Below, one piece after another: positions 1 to 12,200 of a DNA stretch of 64,000 bases (positions are counted from its first letter, which is position 1; each line of letters opens with the position of its first letter). The stretch is from NCBI RefSeq assembly GCF_006345805.1, contig NC_043021.1, positions 2,480,001 to 2,544,000 of the forward strand, given 5' to 3'. The notes beneath the pieces were generated by a model. It did not search any database. It was given only the letters and a program-made list of their open reading frames with translations, and was not told the origin of the DNA. This stretch comes from Octopus sinensis (taxonomy: Eukaryota). The translations under genes were made by a program, and so were the position numbers.

Positions 1-286
1 TCTCAGAGTGGTTGGTATTAGGAAGGGCATCCAGCTGTAGAAACATTGCCAGATCAGACTGGAGCCTGGTGCAGCCTCCTGGCTTCCCAGTCCTCAGTCA
101 AACTGTCCAACCCATGCCAGCTTGGAAAGCAGATGTTAAACAATTTTTTTTTTTTATCTAGTTTCAGCTCACGAGCTGTGGCCATGCTGGGGCACCGCCA
201 TTTGATGATGATTTTTGTGTTTCAGGTTCTACATGTGACTGTTTAATCATATTTCTTTAATTCTTAATATATGTCACTGTTCAATC

Positions 287-1393
287 ATGCCACATACAAA
301 AGAAGCCTCGGAAGAGTCCAACTTTCAGAGAGGCCATATTGTAGGTGGACTTAGCATAAAATTGCGTAAAATGAGGATCCTGCTTTCTACAGTGAATAGG
401 GTGATTGTACAATTCACTAGAGGGGGAAGGAGTCCACATCACCTTGCCCAACTTGACCAGGGCCCTCTGACAGGAGCCTTTGCTTTGTTAAGTGAAGTGT
501 GGAGGATAATCCTCATTGCAAGGCCTCTGACATAGCAGAACAGGTTGATGTCAGTTCCAGAACAGCTGACAGGTGTCTCCACAGACTTGGTCACTATGGC
601 AGAGTAGCAAGAAGGAAGCCACTTCTACGAACAGCCAACATCAAGCAAAGAAAAGATTGGGCCAATAAGATGGTGGAGAGGCTAGTGGCATTTTGGAACA
701 CTTATATTCTTTGATGAGTCCAGATTTGCTGTATTTCCTCACAGTGGTCGAGTGTGGATCTGGAGACTCTGGGATCAAGAATTTGATGTGAAAAGAATGC
801 AGCCAACAATGAAACATGGCAGCTATTCTATGATGGTCTGGGGGAGCAATTTAGAACAATGGTTGATTAGAACTGGTGGAGTGTGAGGGAAACATAAACT
901 CAAGAAAATATGTGTTCCTATTGCAGAAAGGATTTCTTCCAGTCTTCTCCAGTGGTGAAATGATTAAAGAAGACTTTTTATTTATGGAAGATGGGGCTCC
1001 TTGTCACATGGCTAAAATGACCAAAGATTTGTTGGATAAGAGTGGTATTAAAAAGCTTCCATGGTCAAGCCAGTCACCAGATATGAACCCTATTGAACAC
1101 CTCTGGGATATAATGGACAGGACACTTCATAAAAAGAACAAGAAAGCATCTTCAAAACCAGATCTTTTGAGATTACTGCATGAAACTTGGCAAGAAATTC
1201 CACAAGAGAATATTCGTCATCTGATCAGTAACATGCCTAATAGGGTCCTTGCATTGAAAAATGCAAAGGGCATGTCTACTAAATATTAAATATTTACATT
1301 ATAACAATTGATAAATAATCTGAACGTATAATTTCCGATTTAAAGAAATTTTAATGATTATAAGGGTACCTATTTACTTCTGTCATCTTTGTG
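287..1393 (+). mobile_element. Decayed Tc1 (DD34E) transposon; transposase in frameshifted pieces; right end at 1393 followed by TA
   Basis: MPHTKE...FQRGHIVG HTH start; FDESRF; MVWG; DGAPCH...SPDMNPIE with 34 residues between D and E. Confidence 0.92.
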
Positions 1394-1735
1394 TATATAT
1401 ACGACGGGCTTCTTTCAGTTTCCACCAACAAAATCCACTCACAGGGTTTTAGTCAGCTCGAGGCTACAGTAGAAGACACTTGCCCGAGGTGCCACGCAGT
1501 GGAACCGAACCCGGAACCATGTGGTTGGGAAGCAAACTTCTTACCACACAATATATCATCATCATCACCATCTTTTAACATCCACTTTCCATGCTGGTAT
1601 GGGTTGGACAGTTTGAACAGGGGCCAACAAGGCAGACGACTGCACCAGGTTTCACTGTCTGTTTTGGCATGGTTCTTACAACTACACACACACACACACA
1701 CACACATACACACAACTGCATACTCTTTCTCTCTC

Positions 1736-1924
1736 TTTTACTCTTTTACTTGTTTCAGTCATTTGACTGCAGCCATGCTGGAGCACCGCCTTTAGTCAAG
1801 CAAATCGACCCCGGGACTTATTCTTTGTAAGCTCAGTACTTATTCTATCGGTCTCTTTTGCCGAACCACTAAGTGACGGGGACGTAAACACACCAGCATC
1901 GGCTGTCAAGCAATGCTAGGGGGA

Positions 1925-1966
<42 letters not shown>

Positions 1967-2126
1967 CATATATACGGCAGGCTTCTTTCAGTTTCCGTCT
2001 ACCAAATCCACTCACAAGGCATTGGTCAGCCCGGGGCTATAGCAGAAGACACTTGCCCAAGATGCCACGCAGTGGGACTGAACCCGGAACCATGTGGTTG
2101 GTTAGCAAGCTACTTACCACACAGCC
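1736..2126 (-). mobile_element. SINE family A copy
   Basis: Reverse complement of the 15230 element. Confidence 0.85.
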
Positions 2127-2280
2127 GTATATTTTTTTTTTAGAAAACAGCAAAATATTCAATACCCACTCAACACACCACACATATACAAACCTACATT
2201 CAAGTGTATTGAATACCTGTAAGTAGAAATATGATATTTATATTTATATAGCATCAACACTTACAGTAAGTATTTGATGC

Positions 2281-2323
<43 letters not shown>

Positions 2324-2513
2324 ATTAGGGAGATAGTAGTGTGCCTGTGTGTGGGCATTATCTGTCAATGAGTAGGACAGGGGTGTGCATGTGTTGATGT
2401 GCTTGATAGCACACCCATTTAATATGGGTGATTATATTGGAATGTAGGACACAACCACTGAGTTTTAGGTGCAGTCCCAGGCAACACATGACACCTCGGT
2501 GCGCCTCTGTGAG

Positions 2514-2640
2514 TCATTCACTCAGACTCAAGATGGCTGCCAGCATGTCTTTCTCCTTGACTCCCGCCTGCACCAAGTCGTCGTTCAACTGGAAAATATG
2601 CACGTCTCCTTCACCGTCACCACTGGCAATAATATTAGGC
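2514..2640 (-). CDS. WDR34: WDR34 exon 12, last coding exon (PNIIASGDGEGDVHIFQL...LSE*)
   Basis: ctcttcag acceptor; TGA at 2514-2516; WD motif ASGDGEGDVHIFQL. Confidence 0.92.
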
Positions 2641-5600
2641 CTGAAGAGAGAAACACAGAGAACAACAGTTCAAATCTCGCTTGGGTTATTTTATTTTATT
2701 TCCAGATACAAATAAGATGGTAATTTTATCTTGAAACCCGTAAACGCTGACAGAACAGCAAAGACTGCACAAAATATCCATACAAAATATCCATACAAAA
2801 TATCCATACAAAGCAATTGCTGACATTATGTAACACACTCACCAGTAAAATTTCCACTTTTTTTCTTACTTTTATTGCCCTAAACTTTTCGTTGCATCTT
2901 GCAACCTTTTCAATAGTTTGAGAGTCAAAACTATTGAAAAGGTTGCAAGATGCAATGAAAATTTTAGGACAATAAAAATAAGAAAAAAAGTGGAAATTTT
3001 ACCGGTGAGTGTGTTACATAATAAGGCACAAAAAGAAAATGACTCTCCCCAGATACAACAGAATATGCTTCAAAACACGAGTTCACATGAAGAATCTTGC
3101 AAACCAAGTCCAAAAACGAAATACAATTGCTTGACAAATTTCACCCTTCTCTATGGAGATTTAATCCAGTCTCTGCTGTCCTATCAATGTTTATGTGTTA
3201 GAAAATAAATTATCATCTTGTTCATATCTCACAATACATTTCAACGCTTCTAAAACAAACATCAATTTGTTTACATTCATCACAATTTTATTTTTATTTT
3301 TCATTTTTTTCAAATACATGACCCTGCACCATGGATTCCCCGTCACCAATCTCCACCCTCAGCAGCTCTACATCTCTCTTCAAACCCATGTACTGCTTGG
3401 ATTGAACACCCCACATAGCTTTTTTTTCTTTTTAATTCAATTTAATTTCAATTTTTTTAAATTTAACTCTTTAGCGTTTAAACCGGCCACATCCAGCCCA
3501 ATATATTCTACATGTTTTATATTTGAACTAGCCATATCTAGCCTCTCACACCTAACCTACATTGACATTCTAAAAATAAACAGCCACATTATTGGAACCT
3601 CAAAGCTGTGAGACAATGCATGATTAATTCAAAACAATGTGAATAAATAAGGATTAGCATTTAACAGAGTTAATCTGAATACTAAAGGGTTAAAAGATTT
3701 TTTCTATTTATCATTTAATTTTATAAATTTAATTGAAATCATTTCTATTTTTAATTCATCTTCCACACACCGATACACATAGCTTGTACATCCCCCCACA
3801 CACACATGCATTGCCATATCTTGGCATGTACAAAAAACCGTTCCCACACACATCAATACAGACACAGACGTGCAGACATACATAAACACACACACATATA
3901 TATATATATATATACAAACATGCATATGCACAGCAGCAGCAACAACATACTCACACACTTGTCATGTCCTTTCTCACACCCTCACTACACACACATACAC
4001 AAACACACAAACGCATACAGAAACACATGTACATACGCAGCAACACCATCGCCTCTCTCTCTCACACACACACACATACACACGCACACATATACACAAA
4101 CCCATACACACACACACACAGCAACACCACCGCACTCACACACTAGTCACATCGCCTCACACACGCACACACACATACAGAGACACATACACACACCCAC
4201 AGCAACACCAATGCACTCACACACATACATAGATACACATATACACAAACTCATACACACACACACAGCAACACCAACGCACACACATGCTTGTCACTTC
4301 GCCTCTCACCACCAAACCTAACTGCTGCTGCTGCTAACTTGCCCATAGCACCACTCCCTTAAACATTTACAACTCACATAAACCCACACAGATACCACAC
4401 ACACGCACACACACACTGATCATATTCACACTCTCCTGGATGCCTTTCCTAATGCCAACCACTCCAATGGGTGTGAAAGCTGATCTTTTTAACTGGTTGG
4501 AGTCCTTCCTTCACAGCCAAAAAGAGGTAGTTATGGTTCTAGAATAGCATTCTTCACCCTATGAGATGTCATCTGGTGTACTGCAGGGATCTGTTCTTGG
4601 TCCCCTTTTGTTTGTTGCATACATTAATGATATAGTTGCCAACTTAAAGAATGCCACAGTGCTGAAATATGCAGACGACATCAAGCTGTACCTTGGGATA
4701 AAAAGGACAGATCCTGAACACTGTAGATCTCTCCTGCAATCAGACCTGGACACAATACAACAATGGATCACGAACTGGCAACTCAAGCTGGCTGTGGACA
4801 AGTGTACCACCATACATTTTGGGAGGAAAAACCCAGCATTCACGTACTCTCTCCACAACAGTAATATCAAGAAGTCTTCTTGTTGATGTGACCTGGGCAT
4901 TTCTGTCGGCAGTGATTTGCACTGGACAAAGCACATCTCTAAAATTGTCAAGAAGGCCGGGGGTGTCTTGGCATCCCTCAGCAAGACTTTGTCGGCCACT
5001 CTCCAGCTATCTATTTAAGGCGGTATGTGGCTGTGGTGCGGCCACACTTGGAATTTGCATCACCAGTCTGGAACCCCCTATCTTGTTCAGGACATTGACC
5101 TCCTGGAAACTGTTCAGAGACGTGCAACTAAGCGAATCCCCTCCATCAGGCATCAACCATACTCTGAACATCTTGCTCCAACATCTGGCAACTGACTTGG
5201 TAAACACTCTCAAAATTATTAACCATTGTGCCAACAACCACCTTGAACACCTTTTTCAGCTCCATGTGTCTAACACATGTGGGCATTCCTACAAAGTCAG
5301 AAAACAGCACAGCTCACATCACTTTCAGAAACATTTTTTCCACACTCAGTGTTGCTGAAGCATGGAACAAACTACCTGCATCAGCTGTCAGCTGCTGAGA
5401 CATTCCATCCTTTAAAACCTCCATGCTTCCTGAAATTTGCCAACACTACACCTGATATTCTCTCCCTCTGTACACATGCACACATGTCTATCATGACTCA
5501 TACACTGTTCACTTTCCTGACTTTTGTACATAATTCCATGTATTGTACATGCACCTTTGATGAGTTGTAGCGCACCTGAGCACCAGACACAATAATTTCA

Positions 5601-8600
5601 TTATTGCCGGTGGCATGTAAAAGACACCACTGTACCGGTGGCACGTAAAAAGCACCATCCATACGTGGTCGATGCCAGCACCACCTTGACTGGCTTCCAT
5701 GCCAGTGGCATGTAAAATGCACCAACTGATCATGGCCGTTGCCAGACTCCCCTGGCACGTAAAAAGCACCCACTACACTCTCGGAGTGGTTGGCGTTAGG
5801 AAGGGCATCCAGCTGTAGAAACACTGCCAGATCTGACTGGAGCCTGGTGCAGCCTCCTGGCTTCCCAGACCCCTGTCGAACTGTCCAACCCATGCTAGCA
5901 TGGAAAGCAGACATTAAACGATGATGATGATAATGGAGATGATATAGTCCTAGATTACGCTACCACCACCACTACCAGCAAATAAAAGGATGGATGGTCA
6001 TGGCACCAACACCAAGCCATTGTTTACACTTACCGTTGAGTATTGAAAGAACATGAATAAATGGGAGCCTTGAGGGTGCCAGCCTCCAAAGTGTGCAGGG
6101 GTTTCAGCATGCTGTGTTGTAAATCATACAGGAGCAGCAACCCCGTATCTGTAGCAGCAGCAATGACAAGGGGTCGAACAGGGGACCAGGACCCACAAAC
6201 AAGAGAACCTTGATCAGGTTTCAAAACTTTGACAGGTTCCGACTAGAAGGGAAAAAAAAGTGGGAAAAAAAAGAAAAAAATTATGAGCGGTTGAAAAATG
6301 AAATTCAGCAATTTATTACATTTTTGTGAAACTGTTAAAAAAGATTTTTGTGTCTGATAACCTTCTGACATCATCCTGAATGAGTTCTGTGTAGTCTTTA
6401 ATACAAAAGCCTCTTTGAAAGGAATTTTTCTGGAGATATAGTATTAGCACTATTCTACATGTGTGAGTGTGTGTATGTGCACATTCTGGTGTGGCTGTAT
6501 GGTAAAAAGTTTGCTTCTCAGCCACATGGTCCCACTCGGCACTTTGAGCAAGTGTCTTTTATTACAGCCCCTAGCCAAAGAAAACCCTGAGAGTGGATTT
6601 GGTAGGTAGAAACTGAAGGAAGCCTTTCCAGCCTCGCCTGGCCCCCGTGCCGGTGGCATGTAAAAAGCACCATCCGTCCGTGGCCGTTTGCCAGCTCCGT
6701 CTGGCACCTGTGCGGGTGGCACGTAAAAAGCACCCACTACACTCACGGAGTGGTTGGCATTAGGAAGGGCATCCAGCCGTAGAAACACTGCCAGATCAGA
6801 CTGGGCCTGATGCAGCCTTCTGGCTTCACAGATCCCCGGTCGAACTGTCCAACCCATGCTAGCATGGAAAGCGGACGCTAAACGATGATGATGATGATAT
6901 GTGTATGTTTGAGTCCACTTGTCTTGACACTGTTTCATGGTTGTATAACAATTGTCAGTATATCAAAAACAAATGGAAATTGTAGTTGTGACCCCTGTGC
7001 CAGGGGAACATAAAAAGCACCATCCGAACGTGGCCGATGCCAGCAATCGCCTTTACTGGCTTCCATGCAGGTGGCACGTAAAAGGCACCAACCAATCGTG
7101 GTCATTGCCAGACCCCTCTGGCCCCTTTACTGGTGGCACGTAAAAAGCACCCACTATACTCTCGGAGTGGTTGGCTTTAGGAAGGGCATCCAGCCGTAGA
7201 AACATTGCCAGATCAGACTGGAGTCGGGTGCAGCCTCCTGGCTTCCCAGACCCCAGTCGAACTGTCCAACCCATGCCAGCATGGAAAACGGATGTAAAAC
7301 AATGATGATGATACAAGAGCACCATTCATTCTCAATATTCTGTCTTGAAGAATTTTTACTCCAGCATGGGACACGGATGTTAAATGACGATGTGTAAAAG
7401 CAAATACAACTTTAAAAGAAAGGAACGTAGCATAAGACCAAAAAAGAGATTACTGACTTGCAGAGCATTCCATATCTTCATGGACTGATCCATTCCAGTG
7501 GTAAGGAAGGCATGTGGATGAAAAGGAGAGCAGTCTATAGCATTAACGGGGCCCAGGTGAGGTTTATAAGTAAACACAACAGGTGATGGCAACATTGGTT
7601 TGCCTAAAGAAAAAAAAAAGGAAATAATTTAATTAAAAGATATTAATTAATAGATATTAATTGCTGGCAGCAGAATATTAATTTAGCAATTCATATAAAT
7701 CCAAGAAACGAGAATAACAATCAGAAATGGGTAGATGAGACTGTGTGGTTTTACGTGGCACCACAAAGGACACCTTTGCGTGATGCCACATGGGTGCTTT
7801 TATTAAGCCCAACAGCTGATCACAATATCAGTGATTGTTCAATCACTGTTTTCCTATTTGAATAGTATGGGACTGGCAGTGGGTTCAAGTTATTGACAAA
7901 GTGCAATGACGCAGAAATGCATACCTAGAATTTTCACCACCGCTGCAGGAAGATTTTCCTCTGCTACTGACATATTTTTGTGTTTTTAAACACAGTACAT
8001 CCATAAGAGATATTATCTTTGGACTAATACCACAGTTAATTTGTCTTTCATAATATATTTGCATTGACTATGACACACAACACATCGGTAAAAGCTGAAG
8101 AGATAAGAAGTCGATTGTGTGATGAAAGGAGACTTACCGTCCATGTCGACTCCTTGATGCCCATCTTGTTGAGTGCAGCACTTGAAAATGGCACCAGTCT
8201 CTGAACCGATAAAACAGACGTGGTCACCATAGTGAGTATATGATAAACAGGTAAGGCCAACTTCTCGGTCTGATCGACTACCTTTGCCCCGTAAAGATTT
8301 AGGAAGGCTCTGTGATGTCACAGCGAACCTGCAGATTTAGGAAAGAAAGTACGCATCAGTGCAATATATCATCATCATCATTTATTTAACATCCTTTTTC
8401 CATGCATGGATGAATCAGACAGAGTAGGGATTTCCACAGCCAGACGCCTTCCTGTTCCCAACCAAGGTAATATTTCCCTCCCAGAGCCCCGACATGTTTC
8501 CCATGGAAGACAGGAAATGAGTGACACTGCTTGTATGACAGTGACACTCGTTTACGACTATCATTGACATCTGTTTTCCATGCTGGCATGGGTTGGACGG

Positions 8601-9191
8601 TTTGACTGGAACTGCTAAGACGAGGACATCATCATCATCATCTTCGTTTAGCGTCCGCTTTTCATGCTAGCATGGGTTGGACAGTTCAACTGGGAAGCCA
8701 GAAGGCTGCACCAGGCCCAATCTTGATCTGGCAGAGTTTCTACGGCTGGATGCCCTTCCTAACGCCAACCACTCCGTGAGTGTAGTGGGTGCTTTTTACG
8801 TGCCACCGGCACAGGTGCCAGGCGAGACATGCACAAACATATAGACATCTACGTAGCACACCGAATCCACTCATAAAACTTTGGTCGACCTGGGGCTATA
8901 GTAGAACACACTTGGTATCACAAGGTACCACACATTGAGATTGAACCTGGATCATGCAGTTGAGAAGCAAGCTTCTTCCCATACGCCTACTCCAGTGCCT
9001 GTGGGTATACACATACATACACATACACACCTATATATACATACATATGTAAGTGATAACAATAAAGTTTGTACTTACTGTTGGGTAAGGGTCAGTTTGT
9101 TTAACTTCATGTCCACTGTCCAAACCAGAAGTTTGCCATCTCCACTCACACTGACAAGCTGCCAAACAGAGTGATAAACATGACTGTTTTA

Positions 9192-9228
<37 letters not shown>

Positions 9229-12200
9229 TTATCAATATAGGGTAGCAAAAAAATTCAAGAAAAAATTTCTGCCACCAGCGGTCAAGTGAGAAAATAGAAA
9301 TAGTCACAGACTATATAATATATTCAACAAAATATTAAGGAAAGACCCTTACAGGTCATTCGACTCACTTGAAAAGAGCAGCCAAAACTCAAACCGCAAA
9401 AATAGTAGTAATTCTGAAAGGACAAATGTTTTTATTTCTCCTTTAGCTTTCAGAATTACTACTATTTTTGCGGTTTGAGTTTTGGCTGCTCTTTCAAGTG
9501 AGTCGAATGACCTGTAAGGGTCTTTCCTTAATATTTTGTTGTATATATATATATATATACACACAGATGAATATGGTATTTAAGTCATAGGCACCAGAAT
9601 TTTGTATGGTATTATCCATATAAATCCATGGGGTGATTATAATCAAAATAAGCATCAAGTATATCTGAGGTAATTTGGTACAATCGTGTCATGCTACTTC
9701 ATTTTATTAAACATGGTAAGTATTACATCAGTTTTAAAATGTTGAGCAATCTTCAGCCATTTATAGAAGTCTTCCATCAAACGGACAATACATATTCTTA
9801 TTTCCATTTCGTTTGCCAACATTATAAAGAGGGAGGTAAATATACAGACAGAGAGGTTGATTCGATTCTTAAGAACAGGATAGTATTGAAATTTACTCTC
9901 TGACTGTAGATTTTTTCACTAAGTTGCTTATTTTGTATATATACACTCTGTAAAGTGGTTGGCATTAGGAAAGGCCTCCAGTTATAGAAATGAAACCAAA
10001 ACAGACTATGGAACCTGGTACAGCTCTCTGACTTAGCAGTTCCAGTCAAACCGTCCAACTCATGCCAGCATGGAAAACAGACGTCAAATGATGATTATGA
10101 ATCATCATCATCATCATCATCTAATATCCACTTTCCATGCTGGCATGGGTTGGACGGTTTGACCGGAACTGGTAAGCCGCACCAGGTTCCAGTCTGATTC
10201 AGCCCAGTTTCTATGGCTGGATGCCCTTCCTTATGCCCACCAGTTGAATCAGACCCAAATGTTTTACCCATTTTATGTTCAAAGCGGCCGGATCCAGCTT
10301 CTCACACCTACCCTACAATGTCATTCTAAAAAATAAACAATCACATCATCAAAAGCTCAAAGCTACAAGATAATCCAGAATTAATTCAAAACAATACAAT
10401 TGTAAGTATTACATCAGTTTTAAAATGTTGAGCAATCTTCAGCCATTTATAGAAGTCTTCCATCAAACAGACAATACATGGAGTATGCATATATACAAAT
10501 AAATAAGCATGACATATGATAGAGTAATCTGAATGCTTAATGATTAAAGACAGATGAACAAAATGGAGGTTTACCTTGTATGTCTTAGAGTGACTTTCAG
10601 GGTCTAGGACCCATTGTAGCTTAGCAACAGGCTCCCTGTGTGCATCTCCATCTCCCATACCATAACTATCCACGAGTAATACATTGTCATGGCTAAAATC
10701 CCAAAGCATGATTTCACCTGCAAAAGATAGAACGGTTATTTCAGGTAAAGCTCACAAAAGATCAGGTAGATTAATCTTAATATGAATGTCTGAGAGACAA
10801 GTTATCCAAAACCATGAAGGCAATCATCTGAACGGATAGAACACATTTGCATGCGCATATCTAAGTTAAGTTAAGTTAATTTTTTGGCTCAAAAAGCAAA
10901 AAGCAAGGCCATGTAGGGGGACATGGAGTTATGTACAGGGAGGGTGTTCATGCAAAAAGTTCAGGCCATTTCTGGTCAAGAGAGACTTTGAACTGAGCAG
11001 TCATCGGCATCTTCACTATCTCGTCTGGCAGCTTATTCCACGGATCGACAACCCGGACAGAGAAAGCCCCTCTCGTTCGATTGAGATGAAATCGTCGCAG
11101 ATAGAGCTTTTCGGAGTGACCCCGCAGCCAACGCTCTGGAGCAGGAGTGAAGAACAGCTCTTTCGAGAGGTTATACTTTCCACTTATGATGTTGTGAGCA
11201 AGAATGAGATCACCACGGCAGCGGCGTTTTTCTAGAGAATAAATGTTGAGCGTCTTCAGCCTTTCTTCATAAGACAAATTCTTGAGACCAAGAACCATGC
11301 GGGTAGCCAGCTTCTGGACTCTTTCGAGATACTGTATGTCTTTGAGGAGATAAGGAGAAGAGGCTTGAATCCCGTACTCCAATATGGGTCTCACCAGCGT
11401 GACATAGAGCGGTAGGAATATGGCTGCTGTGAGCATTCCGAATGACCGTCGAATCAAGAACAGAACTCCGCACGTGTGTGTGTGTGTGTAGGCACAAGCA
11501 TGGCCATGTGGCAAGATGTTTGCTTCCAAACCATACCATTCAGGGTTCAGTCCCACTGCATAGCACTTGAGTAAGTGTCTTCTGTAGCCTCACGCCAACT
11601 CAAGCCATGGAAGGCGGAAACTGAAAGAAGCCCGTTATGTGTGTGTTTATGTGTATATGCATATATCTGTATTTGTCTCCCACCATCGTTTGACAACCAT
11701 TGTAGTTTATGTGTTTATGTCCTTGTAACTTAGTGGTTCACCAAAAGAGACTGATAGAGTAAGTATGTGGCTTAAAAAAAAAGGGAGTGGATCAATTCAT
11801 GTGACTAAAATTCTTGAAGGTGATACCCCAGCATGGCCACAGTCTAATACCTGTAACAAGTAAAAGATATACACACACACACACACTTTCTCCCATGTAT
11901 CTGGCTCTTTACAAGAGACCAATAGACACAGAGGAATTACGGTGCCAAATACGGAATTGCCATGTGAATTCTTCCCATCTCCCTGTGCTCTAAGTTCAAA
12001 GTTCAAGTACCACCTGAGGTCAATTTTGCTTTTCGTCCTTTCAGGATTGATGAAATAAAGTACCAGTTCCAGGCTGACAGAACCCTTAATTCATTAGCAT
12101 TTAAACTGGCCATATCTAGCCCCAAAATACTCCACCTTGTTTTATATTTAAACTGGCCAGATCCAGCCTCTCACACCTACCCAGTAATGTTATTCTAAAA

